A stretch of 64,000 nucleotides of DNA, from positions 1 through 64,000 of the forward strand of contig CAXHJY010000031.1 of the NCBI GenBank assembly GCA_964016885.1, in the 5' to 3' direction. A program made the position numbers and the translations under genes. Numbering within the stretch: position 1 is the stretch's first letter; each line of letters begins with the position of its first letter. Source of the stretch: Eledone cirrhosa. Lineage: Eukaryota. The notes under the pieces are model-generated. The model was given only the letters and a program-made list of their open reading frames with translations, was not told the origin of the DNA and did no database searches. Shown here one piece after another: positions 8,801 through 26,800 of this stretch.

Positions 8801-11800
8801 TTATTTAGCGCATTTATTTAGCGCATTTATTTAGCGCATTTATTTAGCGCATTTATTTAACGCATTTATTTAGCGCATTTATTTAGCGCATTTATTTAAC
8901 GCATTTATTTAACGCATTTATTTAACGCATTTATTTAACGCACTTATTTAACACACTTATTTAACATATTTATTTAACACATTTATTTAACGCACTTATT
9001 TAACGCATTTATTTAACACACTTATTTAACACACTTATTTAACACACTTATTTAACACACTTATTTAACACACCTATTTAACACACTTATTTAACACACT
9101 TATTTAACACATTTATTTAACACATTTATTTAGCGCATTTATTTAGCGCATTTATTTAGCGCATTTATTTAACGCATTTATTTAACGCATTTATTTAACG
9201 CATTTATTTAACGCACTTATTTAACACACTTATTTAACACATTTATTTAACACATTTATTTAACGCACTTATTTAACTTATTTAACGCATTTATTTAACA
9301 CATTTATTTAACACACTTATTTAACACACTTATTTAACACACTTATTTAACACACTTATTTAACACACTTATTTAACACACTTATTTAACACACTTATTT
9401 AACACATTTATTTAACACATTTATTTAACACATTTATTTAACACATTTATTTAACACATTTATTTAACGCATTTATTTTACGCATTTATTTAACGCATTT
9501 ATTTAACGCATTTATTTAACGCATTTATTTAACGCACTTATTTAACTCACTTATTTAACGCATTTATTTAACGCATTTATTTAACGCACTTATTTAACGC
9601 ATTTATTTAACGCATTTATTTAACACACTTATTTAACGCATTTATTTAACACATTTATTTAACACACTTATTTAACACATTTATTTAACACATTTATTTA
9701 ACACACTTATTTAACACATTTATTTAACACATTTATTTAACACATTTATTTAACACATTTATTTAACATTTATTTAACACATTTATTTAACACATTTATT
9801 TAACACATTTATTTAACACATTTATTTAACACATTTATTTAACACATATATTTAACACATTTATTTAACACATTTATTTAACACATTTATTTAACACATT
9901 TATTTAACACATTTATTTAACACATTTATTTAGCACATTTATTTAGCACATTTATTTAACACATTTATTTAACACATTTATTTAGCACATTTATTTAGCA
10001 CATTTATTTAGCACATTTATTTAGCACATTTATTTAGCACATTTATTTAGCACATTTATTTAACACATTTATTTAACGCATTTATTTAACGCATTTATTT
10101 AACGCATTTATTTAACGCACTTATTTAACGCACTTATTTAACACACTTATTTAACACATTTATTTAACACATTTATTTAACACACTTATTTAACGCACTT
10201 ATTTAACACATTTATTTAACACACTTATTTAACACACTTATTTAACACATTTATTTAACACACTTATTTAACACACTTATTTAACACATTTATTTAACAC
10301 ATTTTTTAACACATTTATTTAACACATTTATTTAACGCATTTATTTAACACATTTATTTAACATTTATTTAACACATTTATCTAACACATTTATTTAACA
10401 CATTTATTTAGCACATTTATTTAACACATTTATTTAGCACATTTATTTAACGCATTTATTTAACGCATTTATTTAACGCACTTATTTAACACACTTATTT
10501 AACGCATTTATTTAACGCATTTATTTAACACACTTATTTAACGCATTTATTTAACACATTTATTTAACACACTTATTTAACGCATTTATTTAACACATTT
10601 ATTTAACACACTTATTTAACACATTTATTTAACACATTTATTTAACACATTTATTTAACACATTTATTTAACACATTTATTTAACATTTATTTAACACAT
10701 TTATCTAACACATTTATTTAACACATTTATTTAGCACATTTATTTAACACATTTATTTAGCACATTTATTTAGCACATTTATTTAACACATTTATTTAAC
10801 ACACTTATTTAACGCACTTATTTAACGCACTTATTTAACACATTTATTTAACACTTATTTAACACACTTATTTAACACATTTATTTAACACATTTATTTA
10901 ACACACTTATTTAAAACACTTATTTAACACATTTATTTAACACATTTATTTAACACATTTATTTAACACATTTATTTAACACATTTATTTAACACACTTA
11001 TTTAACACATTTATTTAACACATTTATTTAACACACTTATTTAAAACACTTATTTAACACATTTATTTAACACATTTATTTAACACATTTATTTAACACA
11101 TTTATTTAACACATTTATTTAACGCATTTATTTAACGCATTTATTTAACGCATTTATTTAACGCATTTATTTAACGCACTTATTTAACTCACTTATTTAA
11201 CGCATTTATTTAACGCATTTATTTAACACACTTATTTAACGCATTTATTTAACACATTTATTTAACACACATATTTAACGCATTTATTTAACACATTTAT
11301 TTAACAAACTTATTTAACACATTTATTTAACACACTTATTTAACACATTTATTTAACACATTTATTTAACACATTTATTTAACATTTATTTAACACATTT
11401 ATTTAACACATTTATTTAGCACATTTATTTAACACATTTATTTAACACATTTATTTAGCACATTTATTTAGCACATTTATTTAACACATTTATTTAACAC
11501 ATTTATTTAACACATTTATTTAACACATTTATTTAACACATTTATTTAACACATTTATTTAGCACATTTATTTAGCACATTTATTTAACACATTTATTTA
11601 ACACATTTATTTAGCACATTTATTTAACACATTTATTTAGCACATTTATTTAGCACATTTATTTAACGCATTTATTTAGCGCATTTATTTAACGCATTTA
11701 TTTAACGCATTTATTTAACGCATTTATTTAACGCACTTATTTAACGCACTTATTTAACGCACTTATTTAACACATTTATTTAACACATTTATTTAACACA

Positions 11801-14800
11801 CTTATTTAACGCACTTATTTAACACACTTATTTAACACACTTATTTAACACACTTATTTAACACATTTATTTAACACACTTATTTAAAACACTTATTTAA
11901 CACATTTATTTAACACATTTATTTAACACATTTATTTAACACATTTATATAACGCATTTATTTAACGCATTTATTTAACGCACTTATTTAACACACTTAT
12001 TTAACGCATTTATTTAACGCATTTATTTAACACACTTATTTAACGCATTTATTTAACACATTTATTTAACACACTTATTTAACACATTTATTTAACACAT
12101 TTATTTAACATTTATTTAACACATTTATTTAACACATTTATTTAACACATTTATTTGGCACATTTATTTGGCACATTTATTTGGCACATTTATTTGGCAC
12201 ATTTATTTGGCCCATTTATTTGGCCCATTTATTTGGCCCATTTATTTGGCCCATTTATTTGGCCCATTTATTTGGCCCATTTATTTGGCCCATTTATTTG
12301 GCCCATTTATTTGGCCCATTTATTTGGCCCATTTATTTGGCCCATTTATTTGGCCCATTTATTTGGCCCATTTATTTGGCCAATTTATTTGGCCCATTTA
12401 TTTGGCCCATTTATTTGGCCCATTTATTTGGCCCATTTATTTGGCCCATTTATTTGGCCCATTTATTTGGCCCATTTATTTAGCCCATTTATTTAGCCCA
12501 TTTATTTAGCCCATTTATTTAGCCCATTTATTTAGCACATTTATTTAGCAGATTTATTTAGCACATTTATTTAGCACATTTATTTAGCACATTTATTTAG
12601 CACATTTATTTAGCGCATTTATTTAGCGCTTTTATTTAACGCATTTATTTAACGCATTTATTTAGCGCATTTATTTAGCGCATTTATTTAGCGCATTTAT
12701 TTAGCGCATTTATTTAACGCATTTATTTAGCGCATTTATTTAGCGCATTTATTTAACGCATTTATTTAACGCATTTATTTAACGCATTTATTTAACGCAC
12801 TTATTCAACACACTTATTTAACATATTTATTTAACACATTTATTTAACGCACTTATTTAACGCATTTATTTAACACACTTATTTAACACACTTATTTAAC
12901 ACACTTATTTAACACACTTATTTAACACACCTATTTAACACACTTATTTAACACACTTATTTAACACATTTATTTAACACATTTATTTAGCGCATTTATT
13001 TAGCGCATTTATTTAGCGCATTTATTTAACGCATTTATTTAACGCATTTATTTAACGCATTTATTTAACGCACTTATTTAACACACTTATTTAACACATT
13101 TATTTAACACATTTATTTAACGCACTTATTTAACTTATTTAACGCATTTATTTAACACATTTATTTAACACACTTATTTAACACACTTATTTAACACACT
13201 TATTTAACACACTTATTTAACACACTTATTTAACACACTTATTTAACACACTTATTTAACACATTTATTTAACACATTTATTTAACACATTTATTTAACA
13301 CATTTATTTAACACATTTATTTAACGCATTTATTTAACGCATTTATTTAACGCATTTATTTAACGCATTTATTTAACGCACTTATTTAACTCACTTATTT
13401 AACGCATTTATTTAACGCATTTATTTAACGCACTTATTTAACGCATTTATTTAACGCATTTATTTAACACACTTATTTAACGCATTTATTTAACACATTT
13501 ATTTAACACACTTATTTAACACATTTATTTAACACATTTATTTAACACACTTATTTAACACATTTATTTAACACATTTATTTAACACATTTATTTAACAC
13601 ATTTATTTAACATTTATTTAACACATTTATTTAACACATTTATTTAACACATTTATTTAACACATTTATTTAACACATTTATTTAACACATATATTTAAC
13701 ACATTTATTTAACACATTTATTTAACACATTTATTTAACACATTTATTTAACACATTTATTTAACACATTTATTTAGCACATTTATTTAGCACATTTATT
13801 TAACACATTTATTTAACACATTTATTTAGCACATTTATTTAGCACATTTATTTAGCACATTTATTTAGCACATTTATTTAGCACATTTATTTAGCACATT
13901 TATTTAACACATTTATTTAACGCATTTATTTAACGCATTTATTTAACGCATTTATTTAACGCACTTATTTAACGCACTTATTTAACACACTTATTTAACA
14001 CATTTATTTAGCACATTTATTTAACACACTTATTTAACGCACTTATTTAACACATTTATTTAACACACTTATTTAACACACTTATTTAACACATTTATTT
14101 AACACACTTATTTAACACACTTATTTAACACATTTATTTAACACATTTTTTAACACATTTATTTAACACATTTATTTAACGCATTTATTTAACACATTTA
14201 TTTAACATTTATTTAACACATTTATCTAACACATTTATTTAACACATTTATTTAGCACATTTATTTAACACATTTATTTAGCACATTTATTTAACGCATT
14301 TATTTAACGCATTTATTTAACGCACTTATTTAACACACTTATTTAACGCATTTATTTAACGCATTTATTTAACACACTTATTTAACGCATTTATTTAACA
14401 CATTTATTTAACACACTTATTTAACGCATTTATTTAACACATTTATTTAACACACTTATTTAACACATTTATTTAACACATTTATTTAACACATTTATTT
14501 AACACATTTATTTAACACATTTATTTAACATTTATTTAACACATTTATCTAACACATTTATTTAACACATTTATTTAACGCACTTATTTAACGCATTTAT
14601 TTAACACACTTATTTAACACACTTATTTAACACACTTATTTAACACACTTATTTAACACACCTATTTAACACACTTATTTAACACACTTATTTAACACAC
14701 TTATTTAACACATTTATTTAACACATTTATTTAGCGCATTTATTTAGCGCATTTATTTAGCGCATTTATTTAACGCATTTATTTAACGCATTTATTTAAC

Positions 14801-17800
14801 GCATTTATTTAACGCACTTATTTAACACACTTATTTAACACATTTATTTAACACATTTATTTAACGCACTTATTTAACTTATTTAACGCATTTATTTAAC
14901 ACATTTATTTAACACACTTATTAAACACACTTATTTAACACACTTATTTAACACACTTATTTAACACACTTATTTAACACACTTATTTAACACACTTATT
15001 TAACACATTTATTTAACACATTTATTTAACACATTTATTTAACACATTTATTTAACACATTTATTTAACGCATTTATTTAACGCATTTATTTAACGCATT
15101 TATTTAACGCATTTATTTAACGCATTTATTTAACGCACTTATTTAACTCACTTATTTAACGCATTTATTTAACGCATTTATTTAACGCACTTATTTAACG
15201 CATTTATTTAACGCATTTATTTAACACACTTATTTAACGCATTTATTTAACACATTTATTTAACACACTTATTTAACACATTTATTTAACACATTTATTT
15301 AACACACTTATTTAACACATTTATTTAACACATTTATTTAACACATTTATTTAACACATTTATTTAACACATTTATTTAACATTTATTTAACACATTTAT
15401 TTAACACATTTATTTAACACATTTATTTAACACATTTATTTAACACATTTATTTAACACATATATTTAACACATTTATTTAACACATTTATTTAACACAT
15501 TTATTTAACACATTTATTTAACACATTTATTTAACACATTTATTTGGCACATTTATTTGGCACATTTATTTGGCACATTTATTTGGCACATGTATTTGGC
15601 ACATGTATTTGGCACATTTATTTGGCACATTTATTTGGCCCATTTATTTGGCCCATTTATTTGGCCCATTTATTTGGCCCATTTATTTGGCCCATTTATT
15701 TGGCCCATTTATTTGGCCCATTTATTTGGCCCATTTATTTGGCCCATTTATTTGGCCCATTTATTTGGCCCATTTATTTGGCCCATTTATTTGGCCCATT
15801 TATTTGGCCCATTTATTTGGCCCATTTATTTGGCCCATTTATTTGGCCCATTTATTTGGCCCATTTATTTAGCCCATTTATTTAGCCCATTTATTTAGCC
15901 CATTTATTTAGCACATTTATTTAGCACATTTATTTAGCACATTTATTTAGCACATTTATTTAGCACATTTATTTAGCACATTTATTTAGCGCTTTTATTT
16001 AACGCATTTATTTAACGCATTTATTTAGCGCACTTATTTAGCGCATTTATTTAGCGCATTTATTTAGCGCATTTATTTAACGCATTTATTTAGCGCATTT
16101 ATTTAGCGCATTTATTTAACGCATTTATTTAACGCATTTATTTAACGCATTTATTTAACGCACTTATTCAACACACTTATTTAACATATTTATTTAACAC
16201 ATTTATTTAACGCACTTATTTAACGCATTTATTTAACACACTTATTTAACACACTTATTTAACACACTTATTTAACACACTTATTTAACACACCTATTTA
16301 ACACACTTATTTAACACACTTATTTAACACATTTATTTAACACATTTATTTAGCGCATTTATTTAGCGCATTTATTTAGCGCATTTATTTAACGCATTTA
16401 TTTAACGCATTTATTTAACGCATTTATTTAACGCACTTATTTAACACACTTATTTAACACATTTATTTAACACATTTATTTAACGCACTTATTTAACTTA
16501 TTTAACGCATTTATTTAACACATTTATTTAACACACTTATTTAACACACTTATTTAACACACTTATTTAACACACTTATTTAACACACTTATTTAACACA
16601 CTTATTTAACACACTTATTTAACACATTTATTTAACACATTTATTTAACACATTTATTTAACACATTTATTTAACACATTTATTTAACGCATTTATTTAA
16701 CGCATTTATTTAACGCATTTATTTAACGCATTTATTTAACGCATTTATTTAACGCACTTATTTAACTCACTTATTTAACGCATTTATTTAACGCATTTAT
16801 TTAACGCACTTATTTAACGCATTTATTTAACGCATTTATTTAACACACTTATTTAACGCATTTATTTAACACATTTATTTAACACACTTATTTAACACAT
16901 TTATTTAACACATTTATTTAACACACTTATTTAACACATTTATTTAACACATTTATTTAACACATTTATTTAACACATTTATTTAACATTTATTTAACAC
17001 ATTTATTTAACACATTTATTTAACACATTTATTTAACACATTTATTTAACACATTTATTTAACACATATATTTAACACATTTATTTAACACATTTATTTA
17101 ACACATTTATTTAACACATTTATTTAACACATTTATTTAACACATTTATTTAGCACATTTATTTAGCACATTTATTTAACACATTTATTTAACACATTTA
17201 TTTAGCACATTTATTTAGCACATTTATTTAGCACATTTATTTAGCACATTTATTTAGCACATTTATTTAGCACATTTATTTAACACATTTATTTAACGCA
17301 TTTATTTAACGCATTTATTTAACGCATTTATTTAACGCACTTATTTAACGCACTTATTTAACACACTTATTTAACACATTTATTTAACACATTTATTTAA
17401 CACACTTATTTAACGCACTTATTTAACACATTTATTTAACACACTTATTTAACACACTTATTTAACACATTTATTTAACACACTTATTTAACACACTTAT
17501 TTAACACATTTATTTAACACATTTTTTAACACATTTATTTAACACATTTATTTAACGCATTTATTTAACACATTTATTTAACATTTATTTAACACATTTA
17601 TCTAACACATTTATTTAACACATTTATTTAGCACATTTATTTAACACATTTATTTAGCACATTTATTTAACGCATTTATTTAACGCATTTATTTAACGCA
17701 CTTATTTAACACACTTATTTAACGCATTTATTTAACGCATTTATTTAACACACTTATTTAACGCATTTATTTAACACATTTATTTAACACACTTATTTAA

Positions 17801-20800
17801 CGCATTTATTTAACACATTTATTTAACACACTTATTTAACACATTTATTTAACACATTTATTTAACACATTTATTTAACACATTTATTTAACACATTTAT
17901 TTAACATTTATTTAACACATTTATCTAACACATTTATTTAACACATTTATTTAGCACATTTATTTAACACATTTATTTAGCACATTTATTTAGCACATTT
18001 ATTTAACACATTTATTTAACACACTTATTTAACGCACTTATTTAACGCACTTATTTAACACATTTATTTAACACTTATTTAACACACTTATTTAACACAT
18101 TTATTTAACACATTTATTTAACACTTATTTAACACACTTATTTAACACATTTATTTAACACATTTATTTAACACACTTATTTAAAACACTTATTTAACAC
18201 ATTTATTTAACACATTTATTTAACACATTTATTTAACACATTTATTTAACACATTTATTTAACACACTTATTTAACACATTTATTTAACACATTTATTTA
18301 ACACACTTATTTAAAACACTTATTTAACACATTTATTTAACACATTTATTTAACACATTTATTTAACACATTTATTTAACACATTTATTTAACGCATTTA
18401 TTTAACGCATTTATTTAACGCATTTATTTAACGCACTTATTTAACTCACTTATTTAACGCATTTATTTAACGCATTTATTTAACACACTTATTTAACGCA
18501 TTTATTTAACACATTTATTTAACACACTTATTTAACGCATTTATTTAACACATTTATTTAACAAACTTATTTAACACATTTATTTAACACACTTATTTAA
18601 CACATTTATTTAACACATTTATTTAACACATTTATTTAACATTTATTTAACACATTTATTTAACACATTTATTTAGCACATTTATTTAACACATTTATTT
18701 AACACATTTATTTAGCACATTTATTTAGCACATTTATTTAACACATTTATTTAACACATTTATTTAACACATTTATTTAACACATTTATTTAACACATTT
18801 ATTTAACACATTTATTTAGCACATTTATTTAGCACATTTATTTAACACATTTATTTAACACATTTATTTAGCACATTTATTTAACACATTTATTTAGCAC
18901 ATTTATTTAGCACATTTATTTAACGCATTTATTTAGCGCATTTATTTAACGCATTTATTTAACGCATTTATTTAACGCATTTATTTAACGCACTTATTTA
19001 ACGCACTTATTTAACGCACTTATTTAACACATTTATTTAACACATTTATTTAACACACTTATTTAACGCACTTATTTAACACACTTATTTAACACACTTA
19101 TTTAACACACTTATTTAACACATTTATTTAACACACTTATTTAAAACACTTATTTAACACATTTATTTAACACATTTATTTAACACATTTATTTAACACA
19201 TTTATTTAACGCATTTATTTAACGCATTTATTTAACGCACTTATTTAACACACTTATTTAACGCATTTATTTAACGCATTTATTTAACACACTTATTTAA
19301 CGCATTTATTTAACACATTTATTTAACACACTTATTTAACACATTTATTTAACACATTTATTTAACATTTATTTAACACATTTATTTAACACATTTATTT
19401 AACACATTTATTTAGCACATTTATTTAACGCATTTATTTAGCACATTTATTTAACACATTTATTTAACACACTTATTTAACGCACTTATTTAACACATTT
19501 ATTTAACACACTTATTTAGCACATTTATTTAGTACATTTATTTAGCACATTTATTTAGCACATTTATTTAACACTTTTATTTAACACACTTATTTAACGC
19601 ATTTATTTAACACATTTATTTAACACACTTATTTAACACATTTATTTAACACATTTATTTAACATATTTATTTAACATTTATTTAACACATTTATTTAAC
19701 ACATTTATTTAACACATTTATTTAACACATTTATTTAACACATTTATTTAACACATTTATTTAACACATTTATTTAACACATTTATTTAGCACATTTATT
19801 TAGCACATTTATTTAGCACATTTATTTAGCACATTTATTTAGCACATTTATTTAACGCATTTATTTAACGCATTTATTTAACGCATTTATTTAACGCACT
19901 TATTTAACGCACTTATTTAACACACTTATTTAACACATTTATTTAACACATTTATTTAACACACTTATTTAACGCACTTATTTAACACATTTATTTAACA
20001 CACTTATTTAACACACTTATTTAACACATTTATTTAACACACTTATTTAACACACTTATTTAACACATTTATTTAACACATTTTTTTAACACATTTATTT
20101 AACACATTTATTTAACGCATTTATTTAACGCATTTATTTTAAGCATTTATTTAACACACTTATTTAACGCATTTATTTAACACATTTATTTAACACACTT
20201 ATTTAACGCATTTATTTAACACATTTATTTAACACACTTATTTAACACATTTATTTAACACATTTATTTAACACATTTATTTAACACATTTATTTAACAC
20301 ATTTATTTAACTCATTTATCTAACACATTTATTTAACACATTTATTTAGCACATTTATTTAACACATTTATTTAGCACATTTATTTAGCACATTTATTTA
20401 ACACATTTATTTAACACACTTATTTAACGCACTTATTTAACACATTTATTTAACACACTTATTTAACACACTTATTTAACACATTTATTTAACACACTTA
20501 TTTAACACACTTATTTAACACATTTATTTAACACATTTTTTTAACACATTTATTTAACACATTTATTTAACGCATTTATTTAACGCATTTATTTAACGCA
20601 TTTATTTAACGCTCTTATTTAACACACTTATTTAACGCATTTATTTTAAGCATTTATTTAACACACTTATTTAACGCATTTATTTAACACATTTATTTAA
20701 CACACTTATTTAACGCATTTATTTAACACATTTATTTAACACACTTATTTAACACATTTATTTAACACATTTATTTAACACATTTATTTAACACATTTAT

Positions 20801-23800
20801 TTAACACATTTATTTAACATTTATTTAACACATTTATCTAACACATTTATTTAACACATTTATTTAGCACATTTATTTAACACATTTATTTAGCACATTT
20901 ATTTAGCACATTTATTTAACACATTTATTTAACACACTTATTTAACGCACTTATTTAACACATTTATTTAACACTTATTTAACACTTATTTAACACATTT
21001 ATTTAACACATTTATTTAACACACTTATTTAAAACTTATTTAACACATTTATTTAACACATTTATATAACACATTTATTTAACACATTTATTTAGCACAT
21101 TTATTTAGCACATTTATTTAGCACATTTATTTAGCACATTTATTTAGCACATTTATTTAGTACATTTATTTAGCACATTTATTTAGCACATTTATTTAAC
21201 ACTTTTATTTAGCGCATTTATTTAACGCATTTATTTAGCGCATTTATTTAGCGCATTTATTTAGCGCATTTATTTAACGCATTTATTTAACGCATTTATT
21301 TAACGCACTTATTTAACACACTTATTTAACACATTTATTTAACACATTTATTTAACGCATTTATTTAGCGCATTTATTTAACGCATTTATTTAACGCATT
21401 TATTTAACGCACTTATTTAACACACTTATTTAACACATTTATTTAACACATTTATTTAACGCACTTATTTAACGCACTTATTTAACGCATTTATTTAACA
21501 CACTTATTTAACACACTTATTTAACACACTTATTTAACACACTTATTTAACACACTTATTTAACGCATTTATTTAACGCATTTATTTAACGCCTTTATTT
21601 AACGCATTTATTTAACGCATTTATTTAACACACTTATTTAACGCATTTATTTAACACATTTATTTAACACACTTATTTAACACATTTATTTAACACATTT
21701 ATTTAACACATTTATTTAACATTTATTTAACACATTTATTTAACACATTTATTTAACACATTTATTTAACACATTTATTTAACACATTTATTTAACACAT
21801 TTATTTAGCACATTTATTTAGCACATTTATTTAACACATTTATTTAACACATTTATTTAGCACATTTATTTAGCACATTTATTTAGCACATTTATTTAGC
21901 ACATTTATTTAGCACATTTATTTAACGCATTTATTTAACGCATTTATTTAACGCATTTATTTAACGCATTTATTTAACGCACTTATTTAACACACTTATT
22001 TAACACATTTATTTAACACATTTATTTAACACACTTATTTAACGCACTTATTTAACACATTTATTTAACACACTTATTTAACGCATTTATTTAACACATT
22101 TATTTAACACACTTATTTAACACATTTATTTAACACATTTATTTAACATTTTTTTAACACATTTATCTAACACATTTATTTAACACATTTATTTAGCACA
22201 TTTATTTAACACATTTATTTAGCACATTTATTTAACACACTTATTTAACACACTTATTTAACACATTTATTTAACACACTTATTTAACACACTTATTTAA
22301 CACATTTATTTAACACATTTTTTTAACACATTTATTTAACACATTTATTTAACGCATTTATTTAACGCATTTATTTAACGCATTTATTTAACGCTCTTAT
22401 TTAACACACTTATTTAACGCATTTATTTTAAGCATTTATTTAACACACTTATTTAACGCATTTATTTAACACATTTATTTAACACACTTATTTAACGCAT
22501 TTATTTAACACATTTATTTAACGCATTTATTTAACGCATTTATTTAACGCATTTATTTAACGCACTTATTTAACTCACTTATTTAACGCATTTATTTAAC
22601 GCACTTATTTAACGCATTTATTTAACACATTTATTTAACACACTTATTTAACGCATTTATTTAACACATTTATTTAACAAACTTATTTAACACACTTATT
22701 TAACGCACTTATTTAACGCATTTATTTAACACATTTATTTAACAAACTTATTTAACACATTTATTTAACACACTTATTTAACACATTTATTTAACACATT
22801 TATTTAACACATTTATTTAACATTTATTTAACACATTTATTTAACACATTTATTTAGCACATTTATTTAACACATTTATTTAACACATTTATTTAGCACA
22901 TTTATTTAGCACATTTATTTAACACATTTATTTAACACATTTATTTAACACATTTATTTAACACATTTATTTAACACATTTATTTAACACATTTATTTAG
23001 CACATTTATTTAGCACATTTATTTAACACATTTATTTAACACATTTATTTAGCACATTTATTTAACACATTTATTTAGCACATTTATTTAGCACATTTAT
23101 TTAACGCATTTATTTAGCGCATTTATTTAGCGCATTTATTTAACGCATTTATTTAACGCATTTATTTAACGCATTTATTTAACGCACTTATTTAACGCAC
23201 TTATTTAACGCACTTATTTAACACATTTATTTAACACATTTATTTAACACACTTATTTAACGCACTTATTTAACACACTTATTTAACACACTTATTTAAC
23301 ACACTTATTTAACACATTTATTTAACACACTTATTTAAAACACTTATTTAACACATTTATTTAACACATTTATTTAACACATTTATTTAACACATTTATT
23401 TAACGCATTTATTTAACGCATTTATTTAACGCACTTATTTAACACACTTATTTAACGCATTTATTTAACGCATTTATTTAACACACTTATTTAACGCATT
23501 TATTTAACACATTTATTTAACACACTTATTTAACACATTTATTTAACACATTTATTTAACATTTATTTAACACATTTATTTAACACATTTATTTAACACA
23601 TTTATTTAGCACATTTATTTAACGCATTTATTTAGCACATTTATTTAACACATTTATTTAACACACTTATTTAACGCACTTATTTAATACATTTATTTAA
23701 CACACTTATTTAGCACATTTATTTAGTACATTTATTTAGCACATTTATTTAGCACATTTATTTAACACTTTTATTTAACACATTTATTTAACGCATTTAT

Positions 23801-26800
23801 TTAGCGCATTTATTTAGCGCATTTATTTAGCGCATTTATTTAGCGCATTTATTTAACGCATTTATTTAGCGCATTTATTTAGCGCATTTATTTAGCGCAT
23901 TTATTTAACGCATTTATTTAACGCATTTATTTAACGCACTTATTTAACACACTTATTTAACACATTTATTTAACACATTTATTTAACGCACTTATTTAAC
24001 GCACTTATTTAACGCACTTATTTAACGCATTTATTTAACACACTTATTTAACACACTTATTTAACACACTTATTTAACACACTTATTTAACACACTTATT
24101 TAACACACTTATTTAACACACTTATTTAACACACTTATTTAACGCATTTATTTGACACATTTATTTAACACACTTATTTAACACATTTATTTAACACATT
24201 TATTTAACACATTTATTTAACATTTATTTAACACATTTATTTAACACATTTATTTAACACATTTATTTAACACATTTATTTAACACATTTATTTAACACA
24301 TTTATTTAACACATTTATTTAACACATTTATTTAGCACATTTATTTAGCACATTTATTTAGCACATTTATTTAGCACATTTATTTAGCACATTTATTTAA
24401 CGCATTTATTTAACGCATTTATTTAACGCATTTATTTAACGCATTTATTTAACGCATTTATTTAACGCACTTATTTAACACACTTATTTAACACATTTAT
24501 TTAACACATTTATTTAACACACTTATTTAACGCACTTATTTAACACATTTATTTAACACACTTATTTAACACACTTATTTAACACATTTATTTAACACAC
24601 TTATTTAACACACTTATTTAACACATTTATTTAACACATTTTTTTAACACATTTATTTAACACATTTATTTAACGCATTTATTTAACGCATTTATTTTAA
24701 GCATTTATTTAACACACTTATTTAACGCATTTATTTAACACATTTATTTAACACACTTATTTAACGCATTTATTTAACACATTTATTTAACACACTTATT
24801 TAACACATTTATTTAACACATTTATTTAACACATTTATTTAACACATTTATTTAACACATTTATTTAACACATTTATCTAACACATTTATTTAACACATT
24901 TATTTAGCACATTTATTTAACACATTTATTTAGCACATTTATTTAGCACATTTATTTAACACATTTATTTAACACACTTATTTAACGCACTTATTTAACA
25001 CATTTATTTAACACACTTATTTAACACACTTATTTAACACATTTATTTAACACACTTATTTAACACACTTATTTAACACATTTATTTAACACATTTTTTA
25101 ACACATTTATTTAACACATTTATTTAACGCATTTATTTAACGCATTTATTTAACGCATTTATTTAACGCTCTTATTTAACACACTTATTTAACGCATTTA
25201 TTTTAAGCATTTATTTAACACACTTATTTAACGCATTTATTTAACACATTTATTTAACACACTTATTTAACGCATTTATTTAACACATTTATTTAACACA
25301 CTTATTTAACACATTTATTTAACACATTTATTTAACACATTTATTTAACACATTTATTTAACACATTTATTTAACATTTATTTAACACATTTATCTAACA
25401 TATTCATTTAACACATTTATTTAGCACATTTATTTAACACATTTATTTAGCACATTTATTTAGCACATTTATTTAACACATTTATTTAACACACTTATTT
25501 AACGCACTTATTTAACACATTTATTTAACACTTATTTAACACTTATTTAACACATTTATTTAACACATTTATTTAACACACTTATTTAAAACTTATTTAA
25601 CACATTTATTTAACACATTTATATAACACATTTATTTAACACATTTATTTAGCACATTTATTTAGCACATTTATTTAGCACATTTATTTAGTACATTTAT
25701 TTAGCACATTTATTTAGCACATTTATTTAACACTTTTATTTAGCGCATTTATTTAACGCATTTATTTAGCGCATTTATTTAGCGCATTTATTTAGCGCAT
25801 TTATTTAACGCATTTATTTAACGCATTTATTTAACGCACTTATTTAACACACTTATTTAACACATTTATTTAACACATTTATTTAACGCACTTATTTAAC
25901 GCACTTATTTAACGCATTTATTTAACACACTTATTTAACACACTTATTTAACACACTTATTTAACACACTTATTTAACACACTTATTTAACACATTTATT
26001 TAACACATTTATTTAACACATTTATTTAACGCATTTATTTAACGCATTTATTTAACGCATTTATTTAACGCACTTATTTAACTCACTTATTTAACGCATT
26101 TATTTAACGCATTTATTTAACGCCTTTATTTAACGCATTTATTTAACGCATTTATTTAACACACTTATTTAACGCATTTATTTAACACACTTATTTAACA
26201 CATTTATTTAACACATTTATTTAACATTTATTTAACACATTTATTTAACACATTTATTTAACACATTTATTTAACACATTTATTTAGCACATTTATTTAG
26301 CACATTTATTTAACACATTTATTTAGCACATTTATTTAGCACATTTATTTAGCACATTTATTTAGCACATTTATTTAACGCATTTATTTAACGCATTTAT
26401 TTAACGCATTTATTTAACGCATTTATTTAACGCATTTATTTAACGCACTTATTTAACACTTATTTAACACATTTATTTAACACATTTATTTAACACACTT
26501 ATTTAACGCACTTATTTAACACATTTATTTAACACACTTATTTAACACATTTATTTAACACATTTATTTAGCACATTTATTTAACACATTTATTTAGCAC
26601 ATTTATTTAGCACATTTATTTAACACATTTATTTAACGCATTTATTTAACGCATTTATTTAACGCACTTATTTAACTCACTTATTTAACGCATTTATTTA
26701 ACGCACTTATTTAACGCATTTATTTAACACATTTATTTAACACACTTATTTAACGCATTTATTTAACACATTTATTTAACACACTTATTTAACACATTTA